A DNA stretch of 64,000 nucleotides from an uncultured bacterium (lineage in GTDB: Bacteria > Desulfobacterota > Deferrimicrobia > J040), in NCBI GenBank assembly GCA_964429585.1, contig CAYSCN010000008.1, positions 7,530 through 71,529 on the forward strand, written 5' to 3'. A program made the position numbers and the translations under genes. This document shows positions 55,501 to 64,000 of the stretch, in pieces. Positions within the stretch are counted from its first letter, which is position 1, and each line of letters begins with the position of its first letter. The notes under the pieces are model-generated. The model did no database searches. It was not told where the DNA came from and saw only the letters and a list, made by a program, of their open reading frames with translations.

Positions 55501-56502
55501 TCACAATAGAACCAGCCTCTTGGGATCAAGAAAAAATTGTTTGGTCACATATTCATCTTTGTTCGACTCCGCCAAAAATCGAATCACGTAAGCGGGAAAC
55601 TGAAAAGGGTAACTTCCATCCGAGTATCTTTCTATGAGTCTCTCCACTCTGACTGCTTCTTCGGAAGAAATGCGGTTGCTCAGTACCGAAAGCGCCTTTT
55701 CAAGAGCACTCCTTTTCCCTGAGCCAGTCACCCCCTTATCGAAAATCCCATCCACGAGCTTCCTGATTCCCTCGGCAAGCTCTTCCAAGGTGCCCGATTG
55801 TTCCCGAACGTAATCGTCGAGCATTCTCCTCATCTGTCTCAAGACATCCGGGTCATACGCGTAAAACAGCAGGTCGTGGACGTCCAAAAAATTGACCAGT
55901 GCCCCAAGAGAAATATCTTTCCTCAACCTTCCGAACGATGCGAAAACGAAAACTCTGTCGAAGAATGCTTCTCTCCGATCGGGGTCGAGTAATTCTTCCT
56001 CGTCGGCAACCGGAAAGTTCGGAAGGCACTCAAGGACCATCGAAGTAAAAAGCCCTCTCCCATTTTCTTCCACGAGGCACCCACTGTCATCGAACACAGG
56101 GATGTTCCTCACTCCGCAGCTCGGGGACTTGGTTTTCAAGATAAATCCGTAAACGTCATCATCACACAGCGATGTAATTTTTTTCCTTGCCCAGTTAGTA
56201 ATCCTGGGAGTGTAGTCGTTTCCCGTCTCGATTCCCTTCACTCTCATCTCTCCGTCGCTCAGGACGAGCCTTACGGGTTCCCTCGGCACGGACATCCCGC
56301 ATTCGAATTCAGGGCATACAGGAACCAGATCGAAGAATCTCCTCAGAAATTCGGCCACGAACGGGTCGAACTTGTGACCCCCGTCGTACCTGACCCGGTT
56401 GCCCAGAAGGCAGGAACTAACTAAGAGCCTCAACCTCTCTCCCTTCCCAGTGCCATGTCCCATATGCCCTCCCATCGGGAACTTTATATCTGAGCATCTC
56501 AC
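55501..56502 (-). CDS. DUF523 + DUF1722 fusion protein (YbgA-like)
   Basis: N-terminal DUF523 pattern (LVSSCLLGNRVRYDGGHK...CPE...SPSCG). C-terminal DUF1722-like helical region. Confidence 0.65.
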   Translation of the reverse strand: MRCSDIKFPMGGHMGHGTGKGERLRLLVSSCLLGNRVRYDGGHKFDPFVAEFLRRFFDLVPVCPEFECGMSVPREPVRLVLSDGEMRVKGIETGNDYTPRITNWARKKITSLCDDDVYGFILKTKSPSCGVRNIPVFDDSGCLVEENGRGLFTSMVLECLPNFPVADEEELLDPDRREAFFDRVFVFASFGRLRKDISLGALVNFLDVHDLLFYAYDPDVLRQMRRMLDDYVREQSGTLEELAEGIRKLVDGIFDKGVTGSGKRSALEKALSVLSNRISSEEAVRVERLIERYSDGSYPFQFPAYVIRFLAESNKDEYVTKQFFLDPKRLVLL

Positions 56503-56796
56503 GACCGAACCCCCAGTAATATCATCCTCACCATATTATGTGTATACCATGCACAACGCATTAAATTCTCACCTGAAAATGTCGATATAAGAAACATCCT
56601 ACGAACCGGAAAACAAAACCTGTAAACCGCTAAAAAGACACCTAGATTTTCATCTTCTTCGGAGAGGAGAACATTTCCGATCGAAGATGAAAACCTGTAC
56701 CGAAAAAAAATATGTTTTGGTTTGATCTCGGTCAATTCAAAAAACAGGTGCATAAAATATTAAATTAAGGTGAAATAAACAAAAAAGGAGGGCAGC

Positions 56797-58047
56797 ATGC
56801 GAAAGGTTCTACTTCTGGGCACCGCTTTTTTGCTCGGCGCATTCATCCTGACCGGAGGAGTTGCAAAGGCGTCCGACTGTGTAACCTGTCACGAGAAAGT
56901 CACCCCCGGGATAGTTTCCGATTGGAAGCTCTCGAAACACTCCGGGGAAGACGTGTCCTGTGACACGTGCCACGGAAGCGCGCACAATTCCAGAGAGGAC
57001 GTGGAAAAAGCATCTCTTCCAACTCCAAACACCTGTGCCGAGTGCCACGACGAGCAGGTGAAGCAGTTCACAGCGGGCAAGCACGCGAAGGCCTGGGTAG
57101 CCATGAAATCGATGCCCACCACCCATTACCAGCCGATGGCCCTCATTGAAGGAAAGAAAGGATGCGGCGGTTGCCACAAAATCGGTCTAAAAAGCGAGGA
57201 GGAAATCCGGAAACTCAAAGAAGACGGCTACGCATTCGGCGTCGCCTCTTGCGATGCCTGCCACACGAGGCATCTCTTCTCTGTCGAAGAAGCCCGTAGT
57301 CCAGAAGCATGCCAGACGTGCCACATGGGTTTCGACCACCCGCAGTGGGAGATGTATTCCTCATCCAAGCATGGCGTCAGGTACACCCTCAAACAGAAGG
57401 GAATAATTCCTAAAGATGCCGCTGCACCGACATGTCAGACGTGTCATATGCAGAATGGTGACCACGAAGTCAGAACAGCGTGGGGTTTCCTCGCGGTCCG
57501 TCTCCCGCTTCCAGAGGACAAGAAGTGGGCGGATGACAGAGTCACCATCCTCAAAGGGCTTGGTGTCCTGGATCCCAACGGAAATCCAACGGGTAGACTC
57601 GACCTGGTCAAGGCGGCGGACGTCGCAAGGCTCGATGAAGCGTCCTGGCAGAAGGAGCGGGAGAAAATGGTAAAGGCCTGTACGCAGTGTCATTCCGAGA
57701 AGTTCGCCCGCGGAGAGCTGGAGAAGGGCGACGAGTTGATCAAAAACGTCGACGCCCTCATGGCTGAAGCAATACGGATAGTCGCAGACCTCTACAAGGA
57801 CGGGATACTCAAAAAACCAGACAACTACGCCTACGCTTATCCAGACCTCCTCACTTTCCACGATGCGCCGACCCCAATCGAGCAGGTCCTGTTTAAAATG
57901 TTCCTCAAGCACAGGATGAGAGCCTTCCAGGGAACGTTCCACATGAACCCCGATTACGCTCTCTGGTATGGCTGGAGCGCCATGAAAACCGACCTGGCAG
58001 AAATCCGCTCCCTTGCTGAAGAAATGCGGAGGCACGCTGGTAAGTGA
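56797..58047 (+). CDS. Octaheme c-type cytochrome (HAO/epsilon-Hao- or ONR/OTR-like multiheme family), secreted
   Basis: Signal peptide. Eight CxxCH motifs (CVTCH, CDTCH, CAECH, CGGCH, CDACH, CQTCH x2, CTQCH) in 416 aa. GGAGGG RBS. Confidence 0.85.
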   Translation: MRKVLLLGTAFLLGAFILTGGVAKASDCVTCHEKVTPGIVSDWKLSKHSGEDVSCDTCHGSAHNSREDVEKASLPTPNTCAECHDEQVKQFTAGKHAKAWVAMKSMPTTHYQPMALIEGKKGCGGCHKIGLKSEEEIRKLKEDGYAFGVASCDACHTRHLFSVEEARSPEACQTCHMGFDHPQWEMYSSSKHGVRYTLKQKGIIPKDAAAPTCQTCHMQNGDHEVRTAWGFLAVRLPLPEDKKWADDRVTILKGLGVLDPNGNPTGRLDLVKAADVARLDEASWQKEREKMVKACTQCHSEKFARGELEKGDELIKNVDALMAEAIRIVADLYKDGILKKPDNYAYAYPDLLTFHDAPTPIEQVLFKMFLKHRMRAFQGTFHMNPDYALWYGWSAMKTDLAEIRSLAEEMRRHAGK

Positions 58048-58055
58048 AAATCCAG

Positions 58056-58086
58056 AGGGGGGCTTCTCCTGCCCCCCTTTTTTCTC
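58056..58086 (+). terminator. Rho-independent terminator after the cytochrome gene: AGGGGGGC-ttctcct-GCCCCCCT + TTTTTT
   Basis: 8-bp GC-rich perfect stem, 7-nt loop, followed by T-run, 9 nt after the stop codon. Confidence 0.75.
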
Positions 58087-58280
58087 CACCCATCTCACCC
58101 AGTAAAAGCACCCCGCTTACACATAGAAGTCAACCAATCCTCTGCTATATCCCCCTGTGCTTTATGATTCTCCATAAAGACAGACTTTATAAAATATTTC
58201 AATTCTCCGATATGTATTATTAAAAGGTCTTTTGATGCCTCCGGGAATCACCCTGAGAAAACCCTACTGGAGGTGCCGTA

Positions 58281-59351
58281 ATGCTGGACTATAGAACGAT
58301 TCTCGAGCACATAAACATAGAAGTCCTCGCTATCGACCCGAAAGATTTCACCATCATGGCAACAAGCAGAGCTTTCCTGCTGAAACGCAACTTGAGGAAA
58401 CGTGAAGTGGTCGGGAAAAAATGCTACCAGATTCTGCACAATACAGAAAGCCCTTGCAGTGAAACCCTCGATTTTCAGTGCCCAATGAAAGAAGCGCTGA
58501 GAAAAAAACGGCCCGTCTCCCTTACCCACACCCACACCGGCCAGGATGGAAGGAAGTTCATCGTTAATATACGAAACATCCCGGTCCTCTCCGATGAGGG
58601 GGAAGTCGAGCTTTGTCTGGAATTAATAGAAGAAGTTGGCGACAGGCTTGACCAGCTATCGCTCGTGGAGCAAAGGGCAGCAATCGGCCTCTTATCGGAA
58701 GCAATGGCAATCGAAATCAACGAAGCACTAACGGTATGCCGGGGATATATCGAGTTGATCGAGAAAAAATGCCAGGATGCAGAAACGCAGAAGTTCATCC
58801 TTAATCTCATCAAGTCCCTGGAACATCTTGAAGACGTGGTCAGGAGATTTTCCCTTCTGGGAAAAGCGCCCTCCATCAAAAAAGAAGCCGTATCGCTCAA
58901 TCTTACAGTGGAAATGGTGACAGAGAACCTTATCATGAGTGGAATTCTCAAGGATATAGAAATCAATCTCAATCTTTCGCCAGAGGGACCTTTGATATAC
59001 GCCTCTTCCGACCTGATGAAACAGGTCCTTGTCAACCTCCTCATCAACGCTGTGCACGCGATGGAATCTTCGGGACAGAAAGTCATCGAAATTGGAACAA
59101 GCGTCAACAGAAAAAAACAAAAGGCATGTCTCTGGATCAAAGACACCGGTTGTGGAATAGAGGAAGATAAACTAGATCAAATATTTGAACCCTTTTTTAC
59201 CACCAAAGGAGAAGAAGGAACGGGAATCGGCCTGTGGGTCGTGAAATTGATAGTAGAAAAGCACAAAGGAGAAATCGAGGTCCGGTCACAGGTGGGCAAG
59301 GGAACCGAGTTCAGGATACATCTGCCTCTTTACCAACCTCACCACACCTAG
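58281..59351 (+). CDS. Sensor histidine kinase, cytoplasmic, N-terminal Cys-containing PAS-like domain + HisKA + HATPase_c
   Basis: PAS-like N-terminus with CYQILHNTESPCSETLDFQCP. Dimerisation region. ATPase boxes (LLINAVHAM, DTGCGI, GTGIGLWVVKLIV). Confidence 0.75.
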   Translation: MLDYRTILEHINIEVLAIDPKDFTIMATSRAFLLKRNLRKREVVGKKCYQILHNTESPCSETLDFQCPMKEALRKKRPVSLTHTHTGQDGRKFIVNIRNIPVLSDEGEVELCLELIEEVGDRLDQLSLVEQRAAIGLLSEAMAIEINEALTVCRGYIELIEKKCQDAETQKFILNLIKSLEHLEDVVRRFSLLGKAPSIKKEAVSLNLTVEMVTENLIMSGILKDIEINLNLSPEGPLIYASSDLMKQVLVNLLINAVHAMESSGQKVIEIGTSVNRKKQKACLWIKDTGCGIEEDKLDQIFEPFFTTKGEEGTGIGLWVVKLIVEKHKGEIEVRSQVGKGTEFRIHLPLYQPHHT

Positions 59352-59372
59352 GGTCGATGAAACCGAAGGGGC

Positions 59373-59651
59373 TCAATTATTTTTCTTCACTACCAGGTCG
59401 TTTTTCATTTCCTCGAATTGTGACCTGGTAATTTCCCCTCTTGCATACCTTTTCTCCAGTATCTGGAGCGGCGTCTCATCGTCCTTTATATTCCTTAAGC
59501 CTCCGCCCTTCTGAACGAGCCACAGAATAAGCAAGACCACACCGGCTATTATCAGCGCCCAGAAAAGCAACCCTATTACCATCATCACTCCACCCATTCC
59601 GCCTGCCATCATTTGATTGCCCATTTGAATCATCCTTCCTTTTTCATACAA
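59373..59651 (-). CDS. SHOCT-domain membrane protein
   Basis: Gly/Met-rich N-terminus, one TM. C-terminal ILEKRYARGEITRSQFEEMKNDL SHOCT motif. Confidence 0.7.
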   Translation of the reverse strand: MYEKGRMIQMGNQMMAGGMGGVMMVIGLLFWALIIAGVVLLILWLVQKGGGLRNIKDDETPLQILEKRYARGEITRSQFEEMKNDLVVKKNN

Positions 59652-59697
59652 CTATGAGATGCATTGCGCAGCATATCGGTTCGAGTCAATTGATGGA

Positions 59698-61695
59698 CTA
59701 CACTGTTAGATTCCGCCACTTCATTTTACCTATTCTGAGAGCGTTCAATATGACCGCCAGGCTGAGCCCCATGTCACCCACCGCAACAGCGAGCCAGAGG
59801 GTTATTATCCCGGGAAATGCCAGCACGGCGAACGAGCCTTTTATTAGAATGGAAGCGAACACATTCTGCTTGACCACCGACATGGTTTTCCTGCTGAGTT
59901 CGAGAAGGTAGACGATTCCCGACAGGTTATCGTGCATGAGCGCTATGTCGGCTGTCTCGATAGCCACATCCGAGCCAACAACCCCCATGGCTATACCCAC
60001 GTGCGCCCTTGCGAGAGCTGGTGCATCGTTTACACCGTCTCCAACCATCACCACGTGCTCATTCGTTTCGAGAAGCTCTTCCACGATTCTCACCTTGTCT
60101 TCCGGAAGCAGCTCTGCGTAATACTCGTCTATCCCAAGTTTGCTCGCCACAGCCGCAGCGACCTGCTGGTTATCCCCTGTGAGCATCACCGTTTTCACTC
60201 CAGCTTCCTTCAACCTCTTCACGGTCTCCAGCGAATTGTCCCTTATCCTGTCCATGAGAGCGATTGTGCCCACAACACGATCGTCGTGCCCAATCAATAC
60301 GACAGTCTTACCTTCTCTCTCCAGTCCCTCGATGACATCCAGAGGATAATCTATCCCCTTCTCCTCTAAAAATGCCCTGTTCCCCGCGAAAAACAGGTTT
60401 CCCTCTATTTGGCCTTGCAGCCCCTGACCCGCCACGGAGCGAAACTCGGTGACCTCGAGAGCGCCAACACCTTCCTCTGCTGCCTTCCTCACAATCGCCT
60501 CCGCTATCGGATGCCCCGACATGGATTCGAGCGAGGCAGCGATTTTTATCAATTCGGATTCCGTGTAGTTGTTGAGAGGAACAACATCTGTCACCTCGAG
60601 CTTTCCCTCGGTAAGAGTCCCTGTTTTGTCGAACACCAAAACTTTCATGTTCCTCATTTCCTCTATGAAGTTACCTCCTTTGATCAACACGCCATTTCTC
60701 GCTGCCGATGTCAGAGCGGATACCATGGAGACCGGAGTAGATATCGCAAGCGCACATGGACAGGAAACGACGAGAAGAACCAGAGCCCTGTAAAACCACA
60801 CTTTGAAAGGCAACCCAAACGCGAGGGTGGGAACCGTCATTACGAGGACGGCAAGTCCGATAACCACCGGCGTGTAGTATCTCGCAAATCTATCGACGAA
60901 AACCTCTGTCTTCGACTTTCTCCCCTGGGCCTCCTCCACGAGCTTCACTATCTTCGAGAGAGTCGACTCCTCTGATTTTCTGTCGACCTCGATTTCGAGG
61001 TATCCCTCCTCGTTTATGGTCCCTGCAAACACCCGGTCCCCTTCGCGCTTCGAAACGGGCACGCTCTCTCCCGTTATTGGAGCCTGATTTACGGACGAAA
61101 AACCCTTTACCACGATTCCATCAAGAGGTATCTTGTCGCCGGGCTTGACGATAACGATATCCCCAATTTCAACCTCGTGGGTGTGGACCGCAACTTCTTC
61201 CCCGTTTCTCCTCACTACCGCAGTCTCAGGCGCGAGCTTCAAAAGGGAAGCAACCGATTTCCTAGCCCTGTCCGCTGCGTATTCTTCCAGGGATTCAGCT
61301 ATGAAAAAGAGAATGACTACAGCAGCTCCCTCCTCGCCGTGACCAATGAGAAAACTGCCCAAAGCCGCGATGAAAATCAAGAAATCGATGCTCAGCCTTC
61401 TATCGAAAATCAGGGAATATATGCCCTTTTTGCCTATGTTGAATCCGGTCAAAACCGCGGAGATGAAAAAAAGCACCTGAGCCAGTATATGCTTGTCAGT
61501 GAAAAATTCTAAATACAAACCTATCGCAAGTGGAATTGCACCGGCTATTATCGTTATTGCCGTTTTCCTTTTCCAATCACTCCCGAGCTCCTCCGAAACA
61601 TCAACGCTACAAGAGGAACACCCTATACCGCACGCCTCTTTCTCTGTCACGTCGCCCTCCTTTGATAAAGAGATCAAACAAAAACATATGAACAT
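59698..61695 (-). CDS. Heavy-metal-translocating P1B-type ATPase, Zn/Cd/Pb (P1B-2)-like
   Basis: Cys-rich N-terminus (CGIGCSSCS). TM6 SCPCALAIS. DKTGTLT phosphorylation site. GDGVNDAPAL. TM8 VGDMGLSLAVILNALRI typical of Zn/Cd subgroup. Confidence 0.9.
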   Translation of the reverse strand: MFICFCLISLSKEGDVTEKEACGIGCSSCSVDVSEELGSDWKRKTAITIIAGAIPLAIGLYLEFFTDKHILAQVLFFISAVLTGFNIGKKGIYSLIFDRRLSIDFLIFIAALGSFLIGHGEEGAAVVILFFIAESLEEYAADRARKSVASLLKLAPETAVVRRNGEEVAVHTHEVEIGDIVIVKPGDKIPLDGIVVKGFSSVNQAPITGESVPVSKREGDRVFAGTINEEGYLEIEVDRKSEESTLSKIVKLVEEAQGRKSKTEVFVDRFARYYTPVVIGLAVLVMTVPTLAFGLPFKVWFYRALVLLVVSCPCALAISTPVSMVSALTSAARNGVLIKGGNFIEEMRNMKVLVFDKTGTLTEGKLEVTDVVPLNNYTESELIKIAASLESMSGHPIAEAIVRKAAEEGVGALEVTEFRSVAGQGLQGQIEGNLFFAGNRAFLEEKGIDYPLDVIEGLEREGKTVVLIGHDDRVVGTIALMDRIRDNSLETVKRLKEAGVKTVMLTGDNQQVAAAVASKLGIDEYYAELLPEDKVRIVEELLETNEHVVMVGDGVNDAPALARAHVGIAMGVVGSDVAIETADIALMHDNLSGIVYLLELSRKTMSVVKQNVFASILIKGSFAVLAFPGIITLWLAVAVGDMGLSLAVILNALRIGKMKWRNLTV

Positions 61696-61931
61696 ATGAG
61701 CAATTAATCATATATTATCATGGTGGGACTCAAAATCAAGAAAAAAATTCGCATCGAATCCTCTCCTGCCCTCCGCTTGGTAAGTCAACCATGGGAAATC
61801 GAAAAATTCGAGGCGAACTTACCCAAACTACCGGCGGACAAAAGGTTTATCAATGGAGTACCCAATGGACTGAAATTATAACGGAGAAGCAATTTATAAA
61901 AAGTTCACACTCGATTAATGGAGGGAAAACT

Positions 61932-63992
61932 CTATTTACTGGATATACCGGCTCTTCTGGCGAGATCACGTAAAACCTTACCTGGCTCCACTCCCAGTTC
62001 TCTTTTCAACTCTGTCTCCGCCCTTCTGTAAATTCGGGCAGCTCTCGCAGGGAAACCAAGTTCCAGATACAGCTCCATCAAATACGCGTATAGCTCCTCG
62101 TTGACGCTGTCTTTTTCTATGGCTTTCAACAGGTATGGAATCGCCACATCGGTTTCTCCAATATTTTTCACTGCGTTTGAAAAAAGAAATACGCCACTTA
62201 CAAACTTATCCTTCAGTTTTTCTCTGTGCCTTATTATCCAAGCATCGGAATCGTCCTTCGGCAGAAAATCGTCTTCATACAGGTCGAGAGCCTCCTTCAC
62301 GAGAGATATGTTGGGCCTACCCCTGAAAGCCCTGTCTATCACCTCGCCGAAAATCAATGAATCCACAAAGCAAAACGCTCTTGAAAGCGAGACCTTCTTG
62401 TTCTTGACCATAATCCAGTTAATCCCCCCCCTCTCAGGGTTGTCACCTATCCTCCTCAACCTTGAAATGACAACTTTAAGATTATTTTCTGCCACATCTC
62501 CATCCGAATCCGGCCAAAGTATATCCTGGAGCAACGAATAGGGCACCCTCGCTCCACCGAAAACTATCAACGCTTTGAGCAGTAATTTTGTCTTTCCGCC
62601 CTTCCAGTCTTTGTCGTGAACCATTCTGTCGCCAATCTTTATGCGAAGCTCCCCAAATGTTTTTATTTGCACGGGATACTCATCTCGATTCTTCAAAATC
62701 TCCACATGCCCATCCAGTTCTACATCAGAAAGTGCCGCTCGGATGTTTCTGGCAAAACTTTGGGATCTGTTCAGGCAAACCTCCAGCTCCCCTTTCGGAA
62801 CAAGCTCACGTGCCTTCTCGACAAACTCCCTCGCTCTCTCAATCCCCCGCTTCTTCAAATGGAGACCAGCCAGTTCCAGCGCACATGAAGAGGCGAGAAG
62901 CATGAATCCGCTTTCGATCCATCTTTCCAACCACTCGCCGAAAACTTCTTCTGCTTCATCGTACATTCCTAAATCCGAAAGGGCTTGTCCTATTATTAAA
63001 GGTGGAATCTGAGATATGAACCGGCTCCCGCTCAACCTCGCCCTCTCTTCGGCCTCTTTCCCACAGGCCAAAGCGAGTCTCGGTCTATTTATCATGAGAT
63101 AAGCCGTTCCCAGGCTGTAAAGACTGTACGCGTGATGAAAGTAATTTCTCTCTGGAATCGTCCATCTTCTAAGGGTATCCGCCACCTTTTCTACTTCATC
63201 CTCATCGCCTCTTCTCGCCACACAAAGCAAAAGATGTCCCAGAGCCATCAAACACGCGGGAATGGGAAGGTTTTCGAAATACGGAAGCGACGTGATTTCC
63301 CTCAAAATTTCCTCCGCCTTTTCTGTTTCCCCTTTCAGGTAGCGGAAGTGTCCCTCCATAATCTTGAAATATACATTGACTGCGAGATTGCTCTCTGGCA
63401 TTTCGCACAGGGGGCGGGCTTCCTTTACCAGTATTTCGGCCTCAGAAAACCTGCCCATCCAGGTGAGGCAATATGCACTCGCCGCCGAAAAATAGATCAG
63501 AAGCGGCGTTGACTTGGCTTTCTCAGCCCAGATTCTCTGATTTAGATACGCCCGGTATGCGTGCTCGATGCTCTCTCCTCCAGTAAGCTCCATTAGAGCG
63601 ATGAATCCTTTCAACGACGCCACCGCAAGAGGGGAAAGGGAGTCTGTGCGTTCAAGCAGCTCCCTTATCCTCTCCCGCCATATCTCATACCTCTCCATAT
63701 CGTGACCGCTGTCCCACACGGATGCCACCCCAGCACCTGAAGCCGACGCAGCGGCCTCGATATCGCCCTGTTCAAGGAATTTTCGGAAATAATAATCCAT
63801 TTTCTCATGGGAAATCACAGGCCTGGTGGCATCTATCAGAAATTGAACTCTTTTCGGCAATTTCATCGGCTCAGTGCTTTGAAACGGAACGAGGTGTATT
63901 AGTATGGTGGGTGTATCCATGTTGAACCACCACGCAATACCCTCATTCGAAATGGAATCCGCGTAACTTTCGAGCTCCCCCCTCTCGAGCAA
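61932..63992 (-). CDS. Large transcriptional regulator: N-terminal TPR-like repeats + OmpR/PhoB-type winged helix + C-terminal BTAD (SARP-like); N-terminus may extend beyond window end
   Basis: wHTH segment FGELRIKIGDRMVHDKDWKGGKTKLLLKALIVFGG...NNLKVVISRLRR. BTAD-like C-terminus (...YAYLMELYLELGFPARAARIYRR...). Start codon lies 9 nt from window edge. Confidence 0.6.
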   Translation of the reverse strand: MLERGELESYADSISNEGIAWWFNMDTPTILIHLVPFQSTEPMKLPKRVQFLIDATRPVISHEKMDYYFRKFLEQGDIEAAASASGAGVASVWDSGHDMERYEIWRERIRELLERTDSLSPLAVASLKGFIALMELTGGESIEHAYRAYLNQRIWAEKAKSTPLLIYFSAASAYCLTWMGRFSEAEILVKEARPLCEMPESNLAVNVYFKIMEGHFRYLKGETEKAEEILREITSLPYFENLPIPACLMALGHLLLCVARRGDEDEVEKVADTLRRWTIPERNYFHHAYSLYSLGTAYLMINRPRLALACGKEAEERARLSGSRFISQIPPLIIGQALSDLGMYDEAEEVFGEWLERWIESGFMLLASSCALELAGLHLKKRGIERAREFVEKARELVPKGELEVCLNRSQSFARNIRAALSDVELDGHVEILKNRDEYPVQIKTFGELRIKIGDRMVHDKDWKGGKTKLLLKALIVFGGARVPYSLLQDILWPDSDGDVAENNLKVVISRLRRIGDNPERGGINWIMVKNKKVSLSRAFCFVDSLIFGEVIDRAFRGRPNISLVKEALDLYEDDFLPKDDSDAWIIRHREKLKDKFVSGVFLFSNAVKNIGETDVAIPYLLKAIEKDSVNEELYAYLMELYLELGFPARAARIYRRAETELKRELGVEPGKVLRDLARRAGISSK

Positions 63993-64000
63993 ATGTAAAA

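Noticed and set aside
1-64000. Screen for CRISPR arrays, IS elements, integrases, toxin-antitoxin or known defence systems
   Set aside because: No regularly spaced direct repeats, no transposase/integrase/recombinase-like ORFs, and no nuclease/ATPase pairs typical of defence islands were recognised. RmuC and the HAD/RluA-family pseudouridine synthase genes look like ordinary housekeeping neighbours.

Overview
Bacterial chromosomal window of about 47% GC. Nearly all coding is on the minus strand. No CRISPR array, transposase, integrase or rRNA was seen.

(1) Positions 306-31,994 hold a roughly 31 kb surface-polysaccharide super-locus. It encodes a BY-kinase and PCP, two secreted right-handed beta-helix proteins, three GT4 glycosyltransferases, a Wzx-like flippase, a Wzy/O-antigen-ligase-like polymerase, an AlgD-like nucleotide-sugar 6-dehydrogenase, a CE4 deacetylase, a phosphatidylserine-decarboxylase-like protein, three paralogous ATP-grasp ligases flanking a FemAB-like transferase, a WbpB/WbpD/WbpE-like oxidoreductase/acetyltransferase/aminotransferase trio, a priming phosphoglycosyltransferase carrying an N-terminal degenerate GGDEF-like domain, an OM beta-barrel, a small Wza-like exporter and an RfaH-like NusG paralog preceded by an ops-like GGCGGTAG element. 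Control appears to come from a sigma54 enhancer-binding response regulator plus two histidine kinases.
(2) tRNA-Met(CAU) at 32,201-32,277.
(3) 32.3-37.3 kb: FG-GAP membrane protein, Cys-rich protein, isochorismatase, M24 peptidase, DUF169.
(4) 37.6-45.8 kb: liv-like ABC importer operon with two CoA ligases (PaaK-like and long-chain acyl-CoA-synthetase-like), preceded by a sigma54-type -24/-12 element.
(5) 46.1-50.7 kb: CbrB-like sigma54 activator, CbrA-like SSF-STAC-PAS histidine kinase and a coupled cbrX-like mini-ORF.
(6) 50.8-56.5 kb: DUF4124, RluA-family pseudouridine synthase, HAD hydrolase, RmuC, HDAC-family protein, DUF523/DUF1722.
(7) 56.8-59.4 kb: octaheme c-type cytochrome with intrinsic terminator and a PAS histidine kinase.
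(8) 59.4-64.0 kb: SHOCT protein, Zn/Cd-type P1B ATPase and a TPR-wHTH-BTAD regulator.

The most interesting candidate system is the polysaccharide locus. It combines uronic-acid and amino-sugar synthesis with an amino-acid ligation module (3x ATP-grasp + FemAB-like + PSD-like). It is layered under RfaH/ops-type antitermination, sigma54 promoters with a shared 15-mer, and a possible c-di-GMP-sensing priming transferase.
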